A stretch of 64,000 nt of DNA from a bacterium (GCA_963662285.2 CAXXMV010000006.1:384001-448000), one strand, 5' to 3'; counted from the first letter of the stretch, positions 10,869 through 21,760 are shown. Notes: generated by a model not told the origin, from the sequence alone. Program-made: numbers and translations.

Positions 10869-11262
10869 ATGATTATCTATTCGTTGGGCATTCGATTTTC
10901 ACTTTCGCTTGGAAACATTGAAGAAGCGCTGAGTGTTGTAGAATGCGTGATTCCTTTGCATAAGATGGAATCAGAAATGTATGGCCGCCTCATGTTGAAT
11001 GATACGTTTGGGGCGCTCTGATGAAGCCGTAATGATGTACAGAGGACATTTAGAAGAGAATAAACATGATGAACTGATGTCTTTGGTGTGGTTTTGCCTC
11101 GCCGAATTATTGTTTGACACGGGTGATATCTCAAACGCGCTGGCGTTGGTTGAAGAATAGTTGGAGCAGGAGTTTGCGCCCGCAGACGAAACCGGTTCAA
11201 GGTTTTGTAATGTTTCTCTTGAATTGAAAGAGAAGATTGAGAAGAGAATTAATGACCAGTAG
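10869..11262 (+). pseudogene. Degraded tetratricopeptide-repeat (TPR) protein gene fragment
   Basis: Plus-strand translation gives TPR-like helices LGIRFSLSLGNIEEALSVVE, then in a second frame MAASC*MIRLGRSDEAVMMYRGHLE and VWFCLAELLFDTGDISNALALVEE*. One frameshift and stops at 10996 and 11158. Confidence 0.55.
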
Positions 11263-11805
11263 TAAGGTATTTCTTCTGAAAGGTAAGAGTATGAACAATT
11301 AGACAAAAGACAAATGGTTAATCATATTACATTTATGATAAGTGTTCTTACTTTTTGAATATTATTACATTTAGTTGTCTTCATGGATTAGTTTTTTTGA
11401 TATAAATGAACGTTTCTCTAATAAAAAAGCGGCGGCATCGCCATGACGATGCGGTCGAGGAGTACGTCAATGGTTCCGGCTGCGGCCTCTTCACCAATGT
11501 TATGAATTAATTTCAGATAACATCTCTTCGCTGCAAATATAATATCACCCAATCGACAACCGTATCCACATTAAAAAAACGCTTGTATGTCTGAGTATAA
11601 ATCTCACTCCTATATTTTGTTGCTTGACGTGCAATTACCCAAAGGTAATGGACTAATGATTCTCAGGCTTATATGCAAAATCAATCGTTTAGATTGAGGG
11701 GGCTGGATCGCTTGACGTAAAGCAGTATTTAATGAGAAAATCGATCAAAGTCTTTGCGAAAGGCTTCTTTGTCCGTTCACTCAATTGCTCTGGAGAACAT
11801 TAACC

Positions 11806-13149
11806 ATGAACTTAAAAAACGATCAGGATATGAATCGCAGAACATTTGTTAAGAATACCGCCGTGGGGTGTTTAGGCGCCGGTATTATTGCGCAAAATAC
11901 TCCAGCAGCGGATAAACCCGAAGAGGATATACCAAAAATTAAAGATTATAGAACCTTGGGACGCACCGGATTCAAGGCATCGGATGTTGGATTGGGAACG
12001 GTGTTTATTGAGGAAGGAGTGTTGCAGTTCGCATTGGATGCCGGGATAAATTACCTGGATACATCACCCATATATCGAAGTGAAGACCTGATCGGTAAAT
12101 GCATCAAGAATATAGACCGGAAATCTGTGTTCATCACTACTAAATATTTCCCCCGCCGGGGACAAACCATCACGAAGGAAGCCGTAATCAACAGTTTCCG
12201 AAAATCGCTGGATAATTTGAATTGCGGGTATGTGGATTGTTTCATGCTGCAAAGCGTATGGTCTTCAGAGGTAATCAAGAATGAGGCCTTTCACGAAGCG
12301 ATACGCCAGCTGAAGAATGAGGGGAAATTACGCTTTTGCGGAGCAGCCTGCCATGGCTCGGAAGTGTGGATTGATACCTATCAGGAGTCTATGGAGCAGA
12401 TTTTAGGGACGGCGATTGAGGATGGGCGGTACGATGTTCTGCTGATGGTGTATAACTTTTTACAGCAGAAGCAGGGGGAGCGAATTCTGCAATCCTGCAA
12501 GGACAATAATATCGGAACAACCATTATGAAATCGAATCCGGTAGCGAAATTTGATTTTTTCAAACAGGTATTAAATGTATCCCAAGAGAAAATCAATGAA
12601 ATGCCGGAAGGAACCGATAAGGAGAAAGAAGACAAAAAAAGAGTGCAGGATATGTTTGACAAATTACATTCTTTCAGGGGGAAATCTGAATCGTTCCGCA
12701 AGCAATATAATCTATCCAGCGAAGACGAATTTAACCAGGCGGCGATGAAATTTGTGTTATCCAATAAAAATGTCAGTTCTCTATTGGCCTCTTCCGGGAG
12801 TTACGAAATGCTGGAAACCAGTCTGCGGCAATCCGGCAAGACGCTGGCAACGCCGGATAAACATTCTCTGCTGCATTACGAAAAGAACCTGGGCCGGTTC
12901 TATTGCCGTCATGCCTGTGGAGAATGCGAATCACAATGCCCTCACAAAGTGCCGGTTAACACCATCATGCGCTACAATCATTACATGGTCGCTCAGGGAT
13001 TGGATGCTCATGCGAGAAATGAATACGCCTGCTTATCCGCCCAAAACGCTGAAATATGCAAGGATTGCGAAGGCTACTGCGAAGCGGCCTGCCCGTATCA
13101 AGTATCAATTCGTCAGTTGCTAAGCGCTGCGCACAGGAATTTAGCATAA
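11806..13149 (+). CDS. Tat-exported aldo/keto reductase with C-terminal 4Fe-4S dicluster domain
   Basis: NRRTFVK twin-arginine signal. YRTLGRTG..S..GLG, GINYLDTSPIY and FITTK AKR motifs. CRHACGECESQCP and CKDCEGYCEAACP. GGAG RBS before ATG 11806. Confidence 0.88.
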   Translation: MNLKNDQDMNRRTFVKNTAVGCLGAGIIAQNTPAADKPEEDIPKIKDYRTLGRTGFKASDVGLGTVFIEEGVLQFALDAGINYLDTSPIYRSEDLIGKCIKNIDRKSVFITTKYFPRRGQTITKEAVINSFRKSLDNLNCGYVDCFMLQSVWSSEVIKNEAFHEAIRQLKNEGKLRFCGAACHGSEVWIDTYQESMEQILGTAIEDGRYDVLLMVYNFLQQKQGERILQSCKDNNIGTTIMKSNPVAKFDFFKQVLNVSQEKINEMPEGTDKEKEDKKRVQDMFDKLHSFRGKSESFRKQYNLSSEDEFNQAAMKFVLSNKNVSSLLASSGSYEMLETSLRQSGKTLATPDKHSLLHYEKNLGRFYCRHACGECESQCPHKVPVNTIMRYNHYMVAQGLDAHARNEYACLSAQNAEICKDCEGYCEAACPYQVSIRQLLSAAHRNLA

Positions 13150-13241
13150 CCTTGAGTGTTTTTCCTAATGACTTTTTTTCAAAGAGCATGAGAGATAATA
13201 AACCAACATATTTATAAGAATCGCTCCAGAAAGAAGGATTG

Positions 13242-15044
13242 ATGAAATACTATCTATTTGCAATTGCATCCATACTAATAATACCTTTTCAAGCCAATGC
13301 CCAATCCTGGTGGGAACGCGAGACCGCGATGGGGAAAAGCGGCCAGTTGACTCTGGTGGGAAAAACCTGGTGGAGCCAAGCCGCTAATCTGAAACCGGGG
13401 GAGAGCATCACCATTCAATCAGAATTTCCCGATGGCGGTTTGATGCTCATCAAATGTGAGACGCGTCAACGGGGCGCAACTGGACAAAAGATGATTGTCT
13501 GGATACTGGATGATGACGGCGACATGGATAAAGAAAATCCCTCCGGAGATTTTGATAACGACTGTTATGTGGCCGATTACGGCTGCGACGGTATAGTTGA
13601 CCGTATAGTGGATTATATCGATGACGGCAAAGCGCCGGGTGAAATGGATATCCGTTATTTTGTGGATGGAGAATTAAGACGCGCCTGGTTTGGCGTTGAT
13701 TTTGATGATGATGCTGGTATGTGGAGTTTGATTGATTATGAATATGACGGCGACTTTTTCAAAAGCGATCCCTATGGCGACAACATGATCTTTATGAATA
13801 AATACGATCCGGTTCATGAAGTATGGCTTCCCATCTCGGAATGTCCGTTCGCGTTTTACGATACTGATGACGACGGTGAATCCGAGGTTGTGGTTCGATT
13901 CAGCGCCGCGCCTTTAACCTTCGATCCCGACGCAGATCCGGATTACGCCAATAGCCAGCAGCGCTACCAGGGGCCATTCGATAGCGCCATGCGTTCGATT
14001 GGCGTGGTTAATGTGCGTTACAGTTTTGATATTGATGATCTGTCGGATGCCAAAACTCCATTGCATTATGAAATGGGTTTTAACATGACGGGCGACTTGG
14101 TTTATGATTTCCCGGATATGGTGCGATTCAACGCTCTGCGCCGTTCTCCGAAGAAAGTGGTTTGCATTCCGTTTGACCAAATCAGAAAAGTTTCTGATAA
14201 CTATCATTCCGATCAAACAGGATTCTCGTGGGCGGAGTTTCCTGATGCGTCGATTCGTATAGGGCATCCGTCGAATCCTGCAGACGACCGGCGCTGGGAA
14301 GGAGTGTTCTGGACCTGGGAAAGACGCATCATGCACAATACCGGGGGGCCGGTGCAGCATTGGAATATCCGGCGCGAGTATATGGGACAACCGACTGCAC
14401 AGCGGGAAATGTACTACAGCCCGGTTGATCAGCGCATTCATTTGAAAGGCGCTACGGAAGGCTGGCTCAAAATCGGTTGCATTTCTAAAGATGAAATCCT
14501 GGGTGAGGTTCGATATTTCGATATAAATATGGATGGATATTTTGACCGCTGGGAATATATCGACCAGGATGAATCAAAGCCCTATCGCGTTGTTCAGACG
14601 ACGCAGGTCAAGAATGTGGATTTGGGGGATGATATACAAGAGGTTGCTTCGTTCTACAATCAAGAGGCTTTGCCTGAAGCCATACGGCTCAATGAGTTGT
14701 TGATCAAAGAACTGGAGAAATATGTTGATGAGCCGCTGCCCGGCTATTTGCAAAACGCGCAGGCTCAGTCGGCCTCTCCAACCGAACGCCGTTATATACT
14801 TGATTTGATCCGGGAATATAGATTTCTTCAGTTTCAATCACACGCCAGAGAACTGGCTGTACAGTCATATAAACAAAGTCAAACCCGCGATCCAAGAACC
14901 ACTGTTGAAAAACGAAGGCAATCAGAATGTGTATGGCAATTCTCGGTTCAACTATCGCAGATCGATGCGGCCTATGAATCGGGTGAATATCAAAAAACCA
15001 TTTCTTTGGTTCAGCAATTAAATACAGCGCAATTAAATCAATAA
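13242..15044 (+). CDS. Secreted Asp-rich hypothetical protein, paralogue of the N-terminal part of 16455..19010
   Basis: Signal peptide ending ANA. Several DxDxDG loops. Shares collinear motifs with the 851-aa ORF. Confidence 0.8.
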   Translation: MKYYLFAIASILIIPFQANAQSWWERETAMGKSGQLTLVGKTWWSQAANLKPGESITIQSEFPDGGLMLIKCETRQRGATGQKMIVWILDDDGDMDKENPSGDFDNDCYVADYGCDGIVDRIVDYIDDGKAPGEMDIRYFVDGELRRAWFGVDFDDDAGMWSLIDYEYDGDFFKSDPYGDNMIFMNKYDPVHEVWLPISECPFAFYDTDDDGESEVVVRFSAAPLTFDPDADPDYANSQQRYQGPFDSAMRSIGVVNVRYSFDIDDLSDAKTPLHYEMGFNMTGDLVYDFPDMVRFNALRRSPKKVVCIPFDQIRKVSDNYHSDQTGFSWAEFPDASIRIGHPSNPADDRRWEGVFWTWERRIMHNTGGPVQHWNIRREYMGQPTAQREMYYSPVDQRIHLKGATEGWLKIGCISKDEILGEVRYFDINMDGYFDRWEYIDQDESKPYRVVQTTQVKNVDLGDDIQEVASFYNQEALPEAIRLNELLIKELEKYVDEPLPGYLQNAQAQSASPTERRYILDLIREYRFLQFQSHARELAVQSYKQSQTRDPRTTVEKRRQSECVWQFSVQLSQIDAAYESGEYQKTISLVQQLNTAQLNQ

Positions 15045-15058
15045 ACTGGAGGCATCAA

Positions 15059-16249
15059 ATGTTTCGATTGCAAAAGTCTTTATGCTATATAACATTTTCA
15101 ATATTGCTTGGCGTCTATGCGTATGCGCAAACCGATCAGGAAGCAGATCAAAAATACATAGACTCATTTCATGAAAAGTTTAATAAAATTGAGAAGCCGG
15201 TTTCATTATCGATGTACGCTACGGTAGAGCGATATGATGAACTCTATATGGATATCAATTTTGACTCCATCAGTAATAATCAAGGGGGCATCGCATGGGG
15301 TTGGTCTTACCGCATGATGTCGCTTAACGAGATGTATCAGGCGACCAAGAATCCCATTTACTTGAAAACCAATCTAAAAGTTGCCAATGAACTTCTAGCC
15401 AACCGCGACGATAAAATCGGTAAAAAACTCTGGACGGGCGAAACGGCGCCTGCCTGGGGATCGGATAAATACGCCCAACGCGGTCGCGCTATCTTCGCCG
15501 TGCATACCGGAATGATCCTTTATCCCATGCTTGATAGTTTGCGTCTCGCCCAACAACATGCAGAGTTGAAGGATATAGTGAAGCGCGACTATCCAAATAT
15601 GCAAAAAGAACTCATGCAAAGCCTGGCCTATCACGACAGGCAATTCCGTTGGGGACCGGGTAAGAACGAGGGGCATTACATTGGTTTGGATCAAGAGGAT
15701 GCTATGGAAAATAAGCCTCTGCCGGGCAATCGGCTCAGCGCTATGGGACGGGCGTTATTGTATGCCTGGAAGCTGACTGGAGAACAGGAATATCACAAAA
15801 AAGCCCTGGCTATTGGTCACTATGTTAAAAACCGTTTCATCAATTCGGATGACGGCGCTTATTACTGGCCCTACTGGTTGTCGATTGATCCGGTTGAAAA
15901 ATTTATCCCCAAAAAAGAGATCAATGGCGAGGATATTTCACACGCCTCTCTTACCATGATGTTGCTGGTCGAACTGGCGGGTGAAAAAGACCTGATGAAT
16001 GCAGATGACATAACCAAATTGGAAAAGACGGTAACGCAGGGATTCGCGCGTCTGAACAACGGCGTCTTGTTTGGCAATATCACAGGCGATCCGAAATCAA
16101 ATCCAGCGCTGGCTCAAATCGCAGCCCGTTGGTTGATCCTTACGCCTTTAGCGCCCAAGGTGTATCAGCGCATCTCGGAATTCTATTTGACCTACGTAGA
16201 GAAACCGGGGCCATTGGATCTGGCCATGTTAATTCGTTATAAAAAATAG
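15059..16249 (+). CDS. Secreted hypothetical protein, possibly an alpha/alpha-toroid carbohydrate-active fold
   Basis: GGAGG RBS and signal peptide ending AYA. Helical repeats like YQATKNPIYL and AWKLTGEQEYHKKA are typical of (alpha/alpha)6 barrels. Function not assignable. Confidence 0.65.
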   Translation: MFRLQKSLCYITFSILLGVYAYAQTDQEADQKYIDSFHEKFNKIEKPVSLSMYATVERYDELYMDINFDSISNNQGGIAWGWSYRMMSLNEMYQATKNPIYLKTNLKVANELLANRDDKIGKKLWTGETAPAWGSDKYAQRGRAIFAVHTGMILYPMLDSLRLAQQHAELKDIVKRDYPNMQKELMQSLAYHDRQFRWGPGKNEGHYIGLDQEDAMENKPLPGNRLSAMGRALLYAWKLTGEQEYHKKALAIGHYVKNRFINSDDGAYYWPYWLSIDPVEKFIPKKEINGEDISHASLTMMLLVELAGEKDLMNADDITKLEKTVTQGFARLNNGVLFGNITGDPKSNPALAQIAARWLILTPLAPKVYQRISEFYLTYVEKPGPLDLAMLIRYKK

Positions 16250-16312
16250 GAAACAGTTCTGTCACATAAAAAAACATAATAATTATGTTTTAAACAAACT
16301 GTTTATATTAAA

Positions 16313-16401
16313 ATTCTCCCCCCAAGTTTGGGGGGAGTTAGAGGGGGGTTGCGTTTCGACGGATCAACCCCCACCTAACCTCCCCCAGGCTTGGGGGAGG
16401 G
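16313..16401. repeat. Inverted pair of REP-like G/C-rich palindromes (REPIN-like)
   Basis: ATTCTCCCCCCAAGTTTGGGGGGAGTTAGAGGGGGGTTG (16313-16351), 13-nt spacer, then inverted variant CAACCCCCACCTAACCTCCCCCAGGCTTGGGGGAGGG (16365-16401). Confidence 0.85.
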
Positions 16402-16454
16402 ATAACGCACTTCAATTGGCTGACTTATTAAAAAATAAATTACAGGATAATTAA

Positions 16455-19010
16455 ATGTGGATTAAAAAATTAGTTGCCTTTATGTTTATTCTTCTGTTAA
16501 CCGTAATATCCGTATTTTCTGCGGATGATTCAACTCAATTGTTTGAATCTGTTTTCGGAAATCACGCCATTTTGGATATGACGTTTCACCAGCGCGTTTT
16601 ATCTGCGACGCCGGGAGAGCGTCATTACCGCGACTTAAATAACGATGGACATCCCGAAGAAGTGTGGTTTATCGACCTGGACTCGCGCCATCCGGAAAAA
16701 TACCGTCCCCTGCTGGTCAAGGTTATCGACGAAGACGGCGATTTGGAGTTCGGTGACGAACCCGACCTCGACAGCGATCTCTATATCGCCGACTGGAAAG
16801 CGGATGGATCGGTCAATGCGGTGTTGGATTACACTGATATTGACGGCGATAACGATGTTGATGAAATGGGGATGTATTTTATCGGCGGTGGTTCCAATTA
16901 TTTTCCTGGCAAGACGTTAAGGGTTTGGTGGGGCAGGGATGACTGCGACGATAACCTGCTATGGTACAACGTGGGTTACACCTATGATCAAAGGTTATGC
17001 CAATACCGCACCCATTTTGGAGGCGAAGAAACCTTCGTGGCCTTTGCTCTGGCGGAAACTGGAAAAGAGTGGATTCCATTTTTTGAAAATCCATTTTTGT
17101 TTTATGACCACGACGGGGATGGCGTGGCCGAAGAAGTATTGCGTCTCTCAGGATACGATAATGAAGTCGAATCGATGCGCTATAGTTTTGATGTAGACAA
17201 CGATGCAACCATAGAACAGCCCAGAGATTTTGATGTATCTCTTACCGCCTGGGCGCCCGGTTCAAACGCCAAGTCCGAAGATAATCAAAGAGGCCGTTCA
17301 TCGCTCGAAATACCCAATCGGTTTATGGAAACAATGACTTTACGCGATATCCCCTGCCGTGGATATCTGGCGCATGAATATGCGCCACACTTCGTAAAAC
17401 CTATCGTGTGGGATCGTATGATGCTCACCTGGGATGAAATTGATCTCAATGGCGATGCGCAGAATGAATACAGTGATTTCCATGAACGCTGGGAAGGCGT
17501 TATCGCTCACGGAACATCCGATTTCCCGCAAGTCGGCGGTCCCAGCTGCGGCCCCTTCAATAAGCGTTATGAATTAATTTCAGATAACACCGCTCCACTG
17601 CAAATATACTATCACCCATTCGACAATCGCATTCACCTGAAAAACGCGCAGCGCGTCTGGATGGAGGTTGATTGGGATTTCGACCGCGTAATTGATATGC
17701 GCTATACCCTGGTGGATAGCGATGCCGATGGCTTCATCGACCGCTATGAATATGACGCCAATGCAGATTCGATAGTCGATGATGTATGGGATATTAATGA
17801 TGAATTGATTCAAAATATTGAATGGAGCTGGGCCGATCTTTCGACAATTCGTAAACCTTATACTGCTGAATCGTTGAGCGAATTGATGGCTTTGAATCAA
17901 GCGATCGAGGCTAAAATAAAGTCAATTGATTCTAATGCGTTGATTAACATCCGCAAAGCATTGCCTGATTGGAATAATCTTGTAAATGTTCCAGAATTCG
18001 CAATAGAACGGTTAGATGCATCGCTGGAAAGCCAGCATTTCTTGAATGAATTAAGGAGAGATTTGTTAATCTATATCTTAAAGAATCTCCCGATTACAAA
18101 CCAATTAAAAGAAAAACTGGATGTTCTACATCAACATAATTTGAAGATTGATATTTACAAACTACTCGATATCAATCGACCTGTTGCAAATGCGCCTTCT
18201 GAATATAAACCAACGCAAGATAACCCAAAAGTCGCCTGGGCGCAAAATTGGATTCCACCCAATATCGGTTGGGAATCTGAACAGATCGCCTACCGCGCCT
18301 ATTGGGGTAAATTCGATTTCTTCGGCAAAAACAGACCGATTCTGATCTACCCCACTATTGGATCACAGGCTTACCATGAAGAAACCGAATGGGGCATGGA
18401 CGCCTTGAATGTATTAGACACGCCGGGATGCGGGGGCGCGACGCTATACATCAATCAAAAACCATATCCCCTGTGGAGCGATGGCAAAGACGGCGTCCTG
18501 GAATTTACAGCGCGGGTAATACAAGAAAGCAAACAACAAGTCACCATTGAAATATTGGTCGATAATGTTGGTTTGAAAGACCATCCGTATCGAGTGCGTA
18601 TGCATTGTTCATTGATGTCCGGCCGGAGCGATACTGTAATCAAGACGAGGATCGAGAGTGGGAATCCTAACGATGAACTGGCTCTTGGAATAGGCTTAAC
18701 CAAATTACCTCAGGAATCCGTCATGCTGGATACAGAAGCAGGCGTACTTGGAGTAAGGGGTTTTCAGATTCCTAAAATAGGCTGGATAAGTATGGGCGTT
18801 GTCTTTCCGAAAGACCGCTATTTGAAATATGTAAGTTCAGAAAACGAAAACCAGGTTGTATTGTCAGCCAAAGCAAATGAATGGATTGCATATCATATAC
18901 AGTGCGATTGGCTGCGCGGGCGGCGATTCAACTATTCACCCTCCGCCGCTGATTGGATGCAGCAACTTAAAACGCTTGCATCCAATCAATCACATTTGGA
19001 TTTTCGCTAG
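16455..19010 (+). CDS. Secreted Asp-rich protein with C-terminal DUF4861-like domain
   Basis: Signal peptide and DxDxDG loops. C-terminal GWESEQIAYRAY...DFFGK...YHEETEWGMDALNV...GCGG matches my recollection of DUF4861. Confidence 0.75.
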   Translation: MWIKKLVAFMFILLLTVISVFSADDSTQLFESVFGNHAILDMTFHQRVLSATPGERHYRDLNNDGHPEEVWFIDLDSRHPEKYRPLLVKVIDEDGDLEFGDEPDLDSDLYIADWKADGSVNAVLDYTDIDGDNDVDEMGMYFIGGGSNYFPGKTLRVWWGRDDCDDNLLWYNVGYTYDQRLCQYRTHFGGEETFVAFALAETGKEWIPFFENPFLFYDHDGDGVAEEVLRLSGYDNEVESMRYSFDVDNDATIEQPRDFDVSLTAWAPGSNAKSEDNQRGRSSLEIPNRFMETMTLRDIPCRGYLAHEYAPHFVKPIVWDRMMLTWDEIDLNGDAQNEYSDFHERWEGVIAHGTSDFPQVGGPSCGPFNKRYELISDNTAPLQIYYHPFDNRIHLKNAQRVWMEVDWDFDRVIDMRYTLVDSDADGFIDRYEYDANADSIVDDVWDINDELIQNIEWSWADLSTIRKPYTAESLSELMALNQAIEAKIKSIDSNALINIRKALPDWNNLVNVPEFAIERLDASLESQHFLNELRRDLLIYILKNLPITNQLKEKLDVLHQHNLKIDIYKLLDINRPVANAPSEYKPTQDNPKVAWAQNWIPPNIGWESEQIAYRAYWGKFDFFGKNRPILIYPTIGSQAYHEETEWGMDALNVLDTPGCGGATLYINQKPYPLWSDGKDGVLEFTARVIQESKQQVTIEILVDNVGLKDHPYRVRMHCSLMSGRSDTVIKTRIESGNPNDELALGIGLTKLPQESVMLDTEAGVLGVRGFQIPKIGWISMGVVFPKDRYLKYVSSENENQVVLSAKANEWIAYHIQCDWLRGRRFNYSPSAADWMQQLKTLASNQSHLDFR

Positions 19011-19045
19011 AGTAGTTGTCAAAATAATGTTCTGACGAGACTTGT

Positions 19046-21760
19046 CTACTTTTCAGGCAATAATTCTTTGAAAGTTCTTTTGGCATCCAACTTAATGCTC
19101 TGTTCACCATACTTGAGATATGATCCGTTGCAGAGGGCGGCGTATTCCATTATGCCGTCCCGCAACGATGCAAAACCAATTTCTGCGTTGCATTCCATAG
19201 GAATGTTTCCTATTTGACACTTCGTGAGGTTATTATCTAAAGCGCGGTTTACCAGCAGTATTTGTTTCCGGCCATCATGAAGTTCGATGATAATGATGCA
19301 CTTTTTATTATCATCAGAATCATTGACTAACCTTGCGGTTTTGATGAATGGATGATTTTCATAGGGTTCCAGAATTCCGATGAATTGCGACGACAGAGGA
19401 TTGTTTTCAGAACTATTAGAAATCAATAATCGTGGAATCCATTGTTCTTGCCCTCCAAAGGTATTGGATGTATCAATCCAACATTCACCTAAAGCCGCTT
19501 GCGTGCTTTTTGTTAAAGCCGTGTATCTTAAATGAATGTCCCTATCTTTTTCTTCAATTGCGCTTATTTTCCAATCTGCGTACCAACCGGGAGATGGATG
19601 GGCGGCGCTTATGAAATTTCTGGTTTCATAGCGGGATTCCAATTCGATAGGTTTATCTAATACAATGCCTTTGGTAGTAACGTCTCCAAGATTTGATGCT
19701 ATAAATAATTCGTGGCGCCGACCTCCTGAAACTTGAAAAAGATCGATAACATAAAAATCATTTTCGGATATATCAACTTTGACTAAAGTACGTTCATAGC
19801 GGTCGCCATCAATCAATTCCGGCGCCGATACGCTAACCATATCTAATTGTTTACCGCTTCCCCATAGTGTTGTTTTTCCATCTGCGGACTTATGGTCTTT
19901 CCCATCGACTACGACAGTGTTATGAGCAGCGGTCTGTTTATACCAAACCGCTTTGGGCGCATTCCATCCACCATATCCGACAGGTGGATATCCAAAATCG
20001 GGCAACAAATCCACGCCTTTGGCGAATAATCCTATATTAAGCCCATCATGATGGCTATGCCGCCCGCCGGAATCGTGATCCAGCCATACGGCGCGACGGT
20101 TAGCTCCTTCACCGGAGCGAAGAATGGAAAGCCCCCATTGCTCCAGATTTATGTCGCCAAGTTTGAAATCACAGCCATGCTTCTGGATGACTTTTTGTAC
20201 CCGTTGTTCAAATTGAAGAGGATCAGTGACGCAAATATCGTAGGGTAAACCCTTGGTGGAAAAATTGTTTTCTCTAAATAGAACCTTAACGAAATCTGGA
20301 TCGTGAGTTATCTCGAATATTCTCCATAAGAATTGGAACATGGATGGTTCAGTATTTTGAAGGATAGTGGAACAGATTGCTCCAAGATAGTTAGGGCATT
20401 GACCACCAAAACAACTGCAATCACCTTCGCGGGGATAATATTTTTCCATACACCAGGTATCGATATGAAACCGGTATGTTTTGTGAAGATCGGGAAACTG
20501 TTTGAATAATTCTGGAAGCAACGAAGAATCCAGACGGTCAAAGCGGGATATCAGCTTAGCAAATGATCGGGGAAATATCGTGGTATATCCGGAAAGACCT
20601 TTTTCTCCGGTCATCCCATCTTCTTTGACCGACTCGGTCAGGATATCTGAAAGCAGGCTGATTATTCTCTCTCGATTGTTGGGCCACCCTAAGACGGTTT
20701 CCATGGTCAACAAGGCTATAGGCGTGTTTGGGAAATTAGAATCGATGCGCTTTTTATGATCCAGCGTGTGTTGGAAGATGCGTACTTCTATGTTTTTTTG
20801 AATATCTGCGAAATTTGTTTTGGTCGACTCTAATTGATATTGTTTTGCTTTTTGAGAGAGAAATGCAACCAGTTGGTTGTCATTTCGAATCCCGTCATAT
20901 ATCCGGTCATAGGCTTGAGCCAATTCCCGAACCTCTTCACAGGCGTCATGCCAGACAGTAACGTATCCACGATGGCCTGATTTCTCATAGACTAATCCCT
21001 GCGACTGGAAATCAAACAGCGGGTATAAATCGGCGATGCGGTCGAGCAGGATTGCTGCTTTGCGCGCGTAAACCGGGTTGCCCGTCACGAAATAGGCCTC
21101 GCTTAAATTGGTGATTCCTCCCACAATTTTTTGCCGCCATTGCCCGGCGATCAGGTAATATCCAATGAAGCGCCAGCGCTTGTTTCCTTCAACATACCCC
21201 TCTCCATCGTCCACGCCGAACATGCGTAAAAGATCATCGGTTCCCGGATGATCTTGGTTGTAAAGCAACTGACGGTCGGCCTTGCCTGGAACAAAGACGC
21301 CATTTTCATCCAAGCCGGAATGATAATAAGCCTGGAAATCGTTGGTAGGAAACAGTTGTTGACAGTGGGGACATTGCACTTTGAACGGGTGATTCCATAT
21401 ATCAATTTTCCAGGTGTACATCTTGACGTCTTTTCGGCAAGAGGGACAAATTCCATCTGACCATACCATCCATGTCCGGGTGATATCGGGGCCGAACATT
21501 GATTCCCATAATTCCTCATCTGTGCAATCCAGCCAGGGCCGGGCTTTTTGGATGAGGTTGTTCTGGATGGTTTTGGCCCATCCATACTGGCTTGCGTTTA
21601 ATATAGCCGTATCCCGTAAATGTTCGGGATACAGTACGCTCGCAGTTTTCATGTATGCATTTTCATTCTCAGAAAATGCGACCGGCGCAATGAGTACAGT
21701 ACAATAAAAACACGAAATTAGTATAAAAATCATTGATTTGAAAGAGTGATTCACATTCAT
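19046..21760 (-). CDS. Heparinase II/III family polysaccharide lyase-like protein
   Basis: Signal peptide and alpha-toroid N-terminal region. GLSILRSG...GRHSHHDGLNIGLF...LLPDFGY...WYKQTAAHNTVVVDG is the Hepar_II_III signature. Confidence 0.88.
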   Translation of the reverse strand: MNVNHSFKSMIFILISCFYCTVLIAPVAFSENENAYMKTASVLYPEHLRDTAILNASQYGWAKTIQNNLIQKARPWLDCTDEELWESMFGPDITRTWMVWSDGICPSCRKDVKMYTWKIDIWNHPFKVQCPHCQQLFPTNDFQAYYHSGLDENGVFVPGKADRQLLYNQDHPGTDDLLRMFGVDDGEGYVEGNKRWRFIGYYLIAGQWRQKIVGGITNLSEAYFVTGNPVYARKAAILLDRIADLYPLFDFQSQGLVYEKSGHRGYVTVWHDACEEVRELAQAYDRIYDGIRNDNQLVAFLSQKAKQYQLESTKTNFADIQKNIEVRIFQHTLDHKKRIDSNFPNTPIALLTMETVLGWPNNRERIISLLSDILTESVKEDGMTGEKGLSGYTTIFPRSFAKLISRFDRLDSSLLPELFKQFPDLHKTYRFHIDTWCMEKYYPREGDCSCFGGQCPNYLGAICSTILQNTEPSMFQFLWRIFEITHDPDFVKVLFRENNFSTKGLPYDICVTDPLQFEQRVQKVIQKHGCDFKLGDINLEQWGLSILRSGEGANRRAVWLDHDSGGRHSHHDGLNIGLFAKGVDLLPDFGYPPVGYGGWNAPKAVWYKQTAAHNTVVVDGKDHKSADGKTTLWGSGKQLDMVSVSAPELIDGDRYERTLVKVDISENDFYVIDLFQVSGGRRHELFIASNLGDVTTKGIVLDKPIELESRYETRNFISAAHPSPGWYADWKISAIEEKDRDIHLRYTALTKSTQAALGECWIDTSNTFGGQEQWIPRLLISNSSENNPLSSQFIGILEPYENHPFIKTARLVNDSDDNKKCIIIIELHDGRKQILLVNRALDNNLTKCQIGNIPMECNAEIGFASLRDGIMEYAALCNGSYLKYGEQSIKLDAKRTFKELLPEK

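Noticed and set aside
11158-11160. In-frame TAG/TGA as stop-codon recoding (Pyl/Sec or alternative code)
   Set aside because: It is accompanied by a frameshift, and TAG and TGA terminate many intact genes in this window.
10877-11306. Minus-strand ORFs 10877..11200 and 10971..11306
   Set aside because: Ser/Asn-rich antisense shadows of the plus-strand TPR remnant, with no recognisable motifs.
11416-11570. Short minus-strand reading frame (RLGDIIFAAKRCYLKLIHNIGEEAAAG...)
   Set aside because: No start codon or RBS and no recognisable family. It could be a remnant but cannot be supported.
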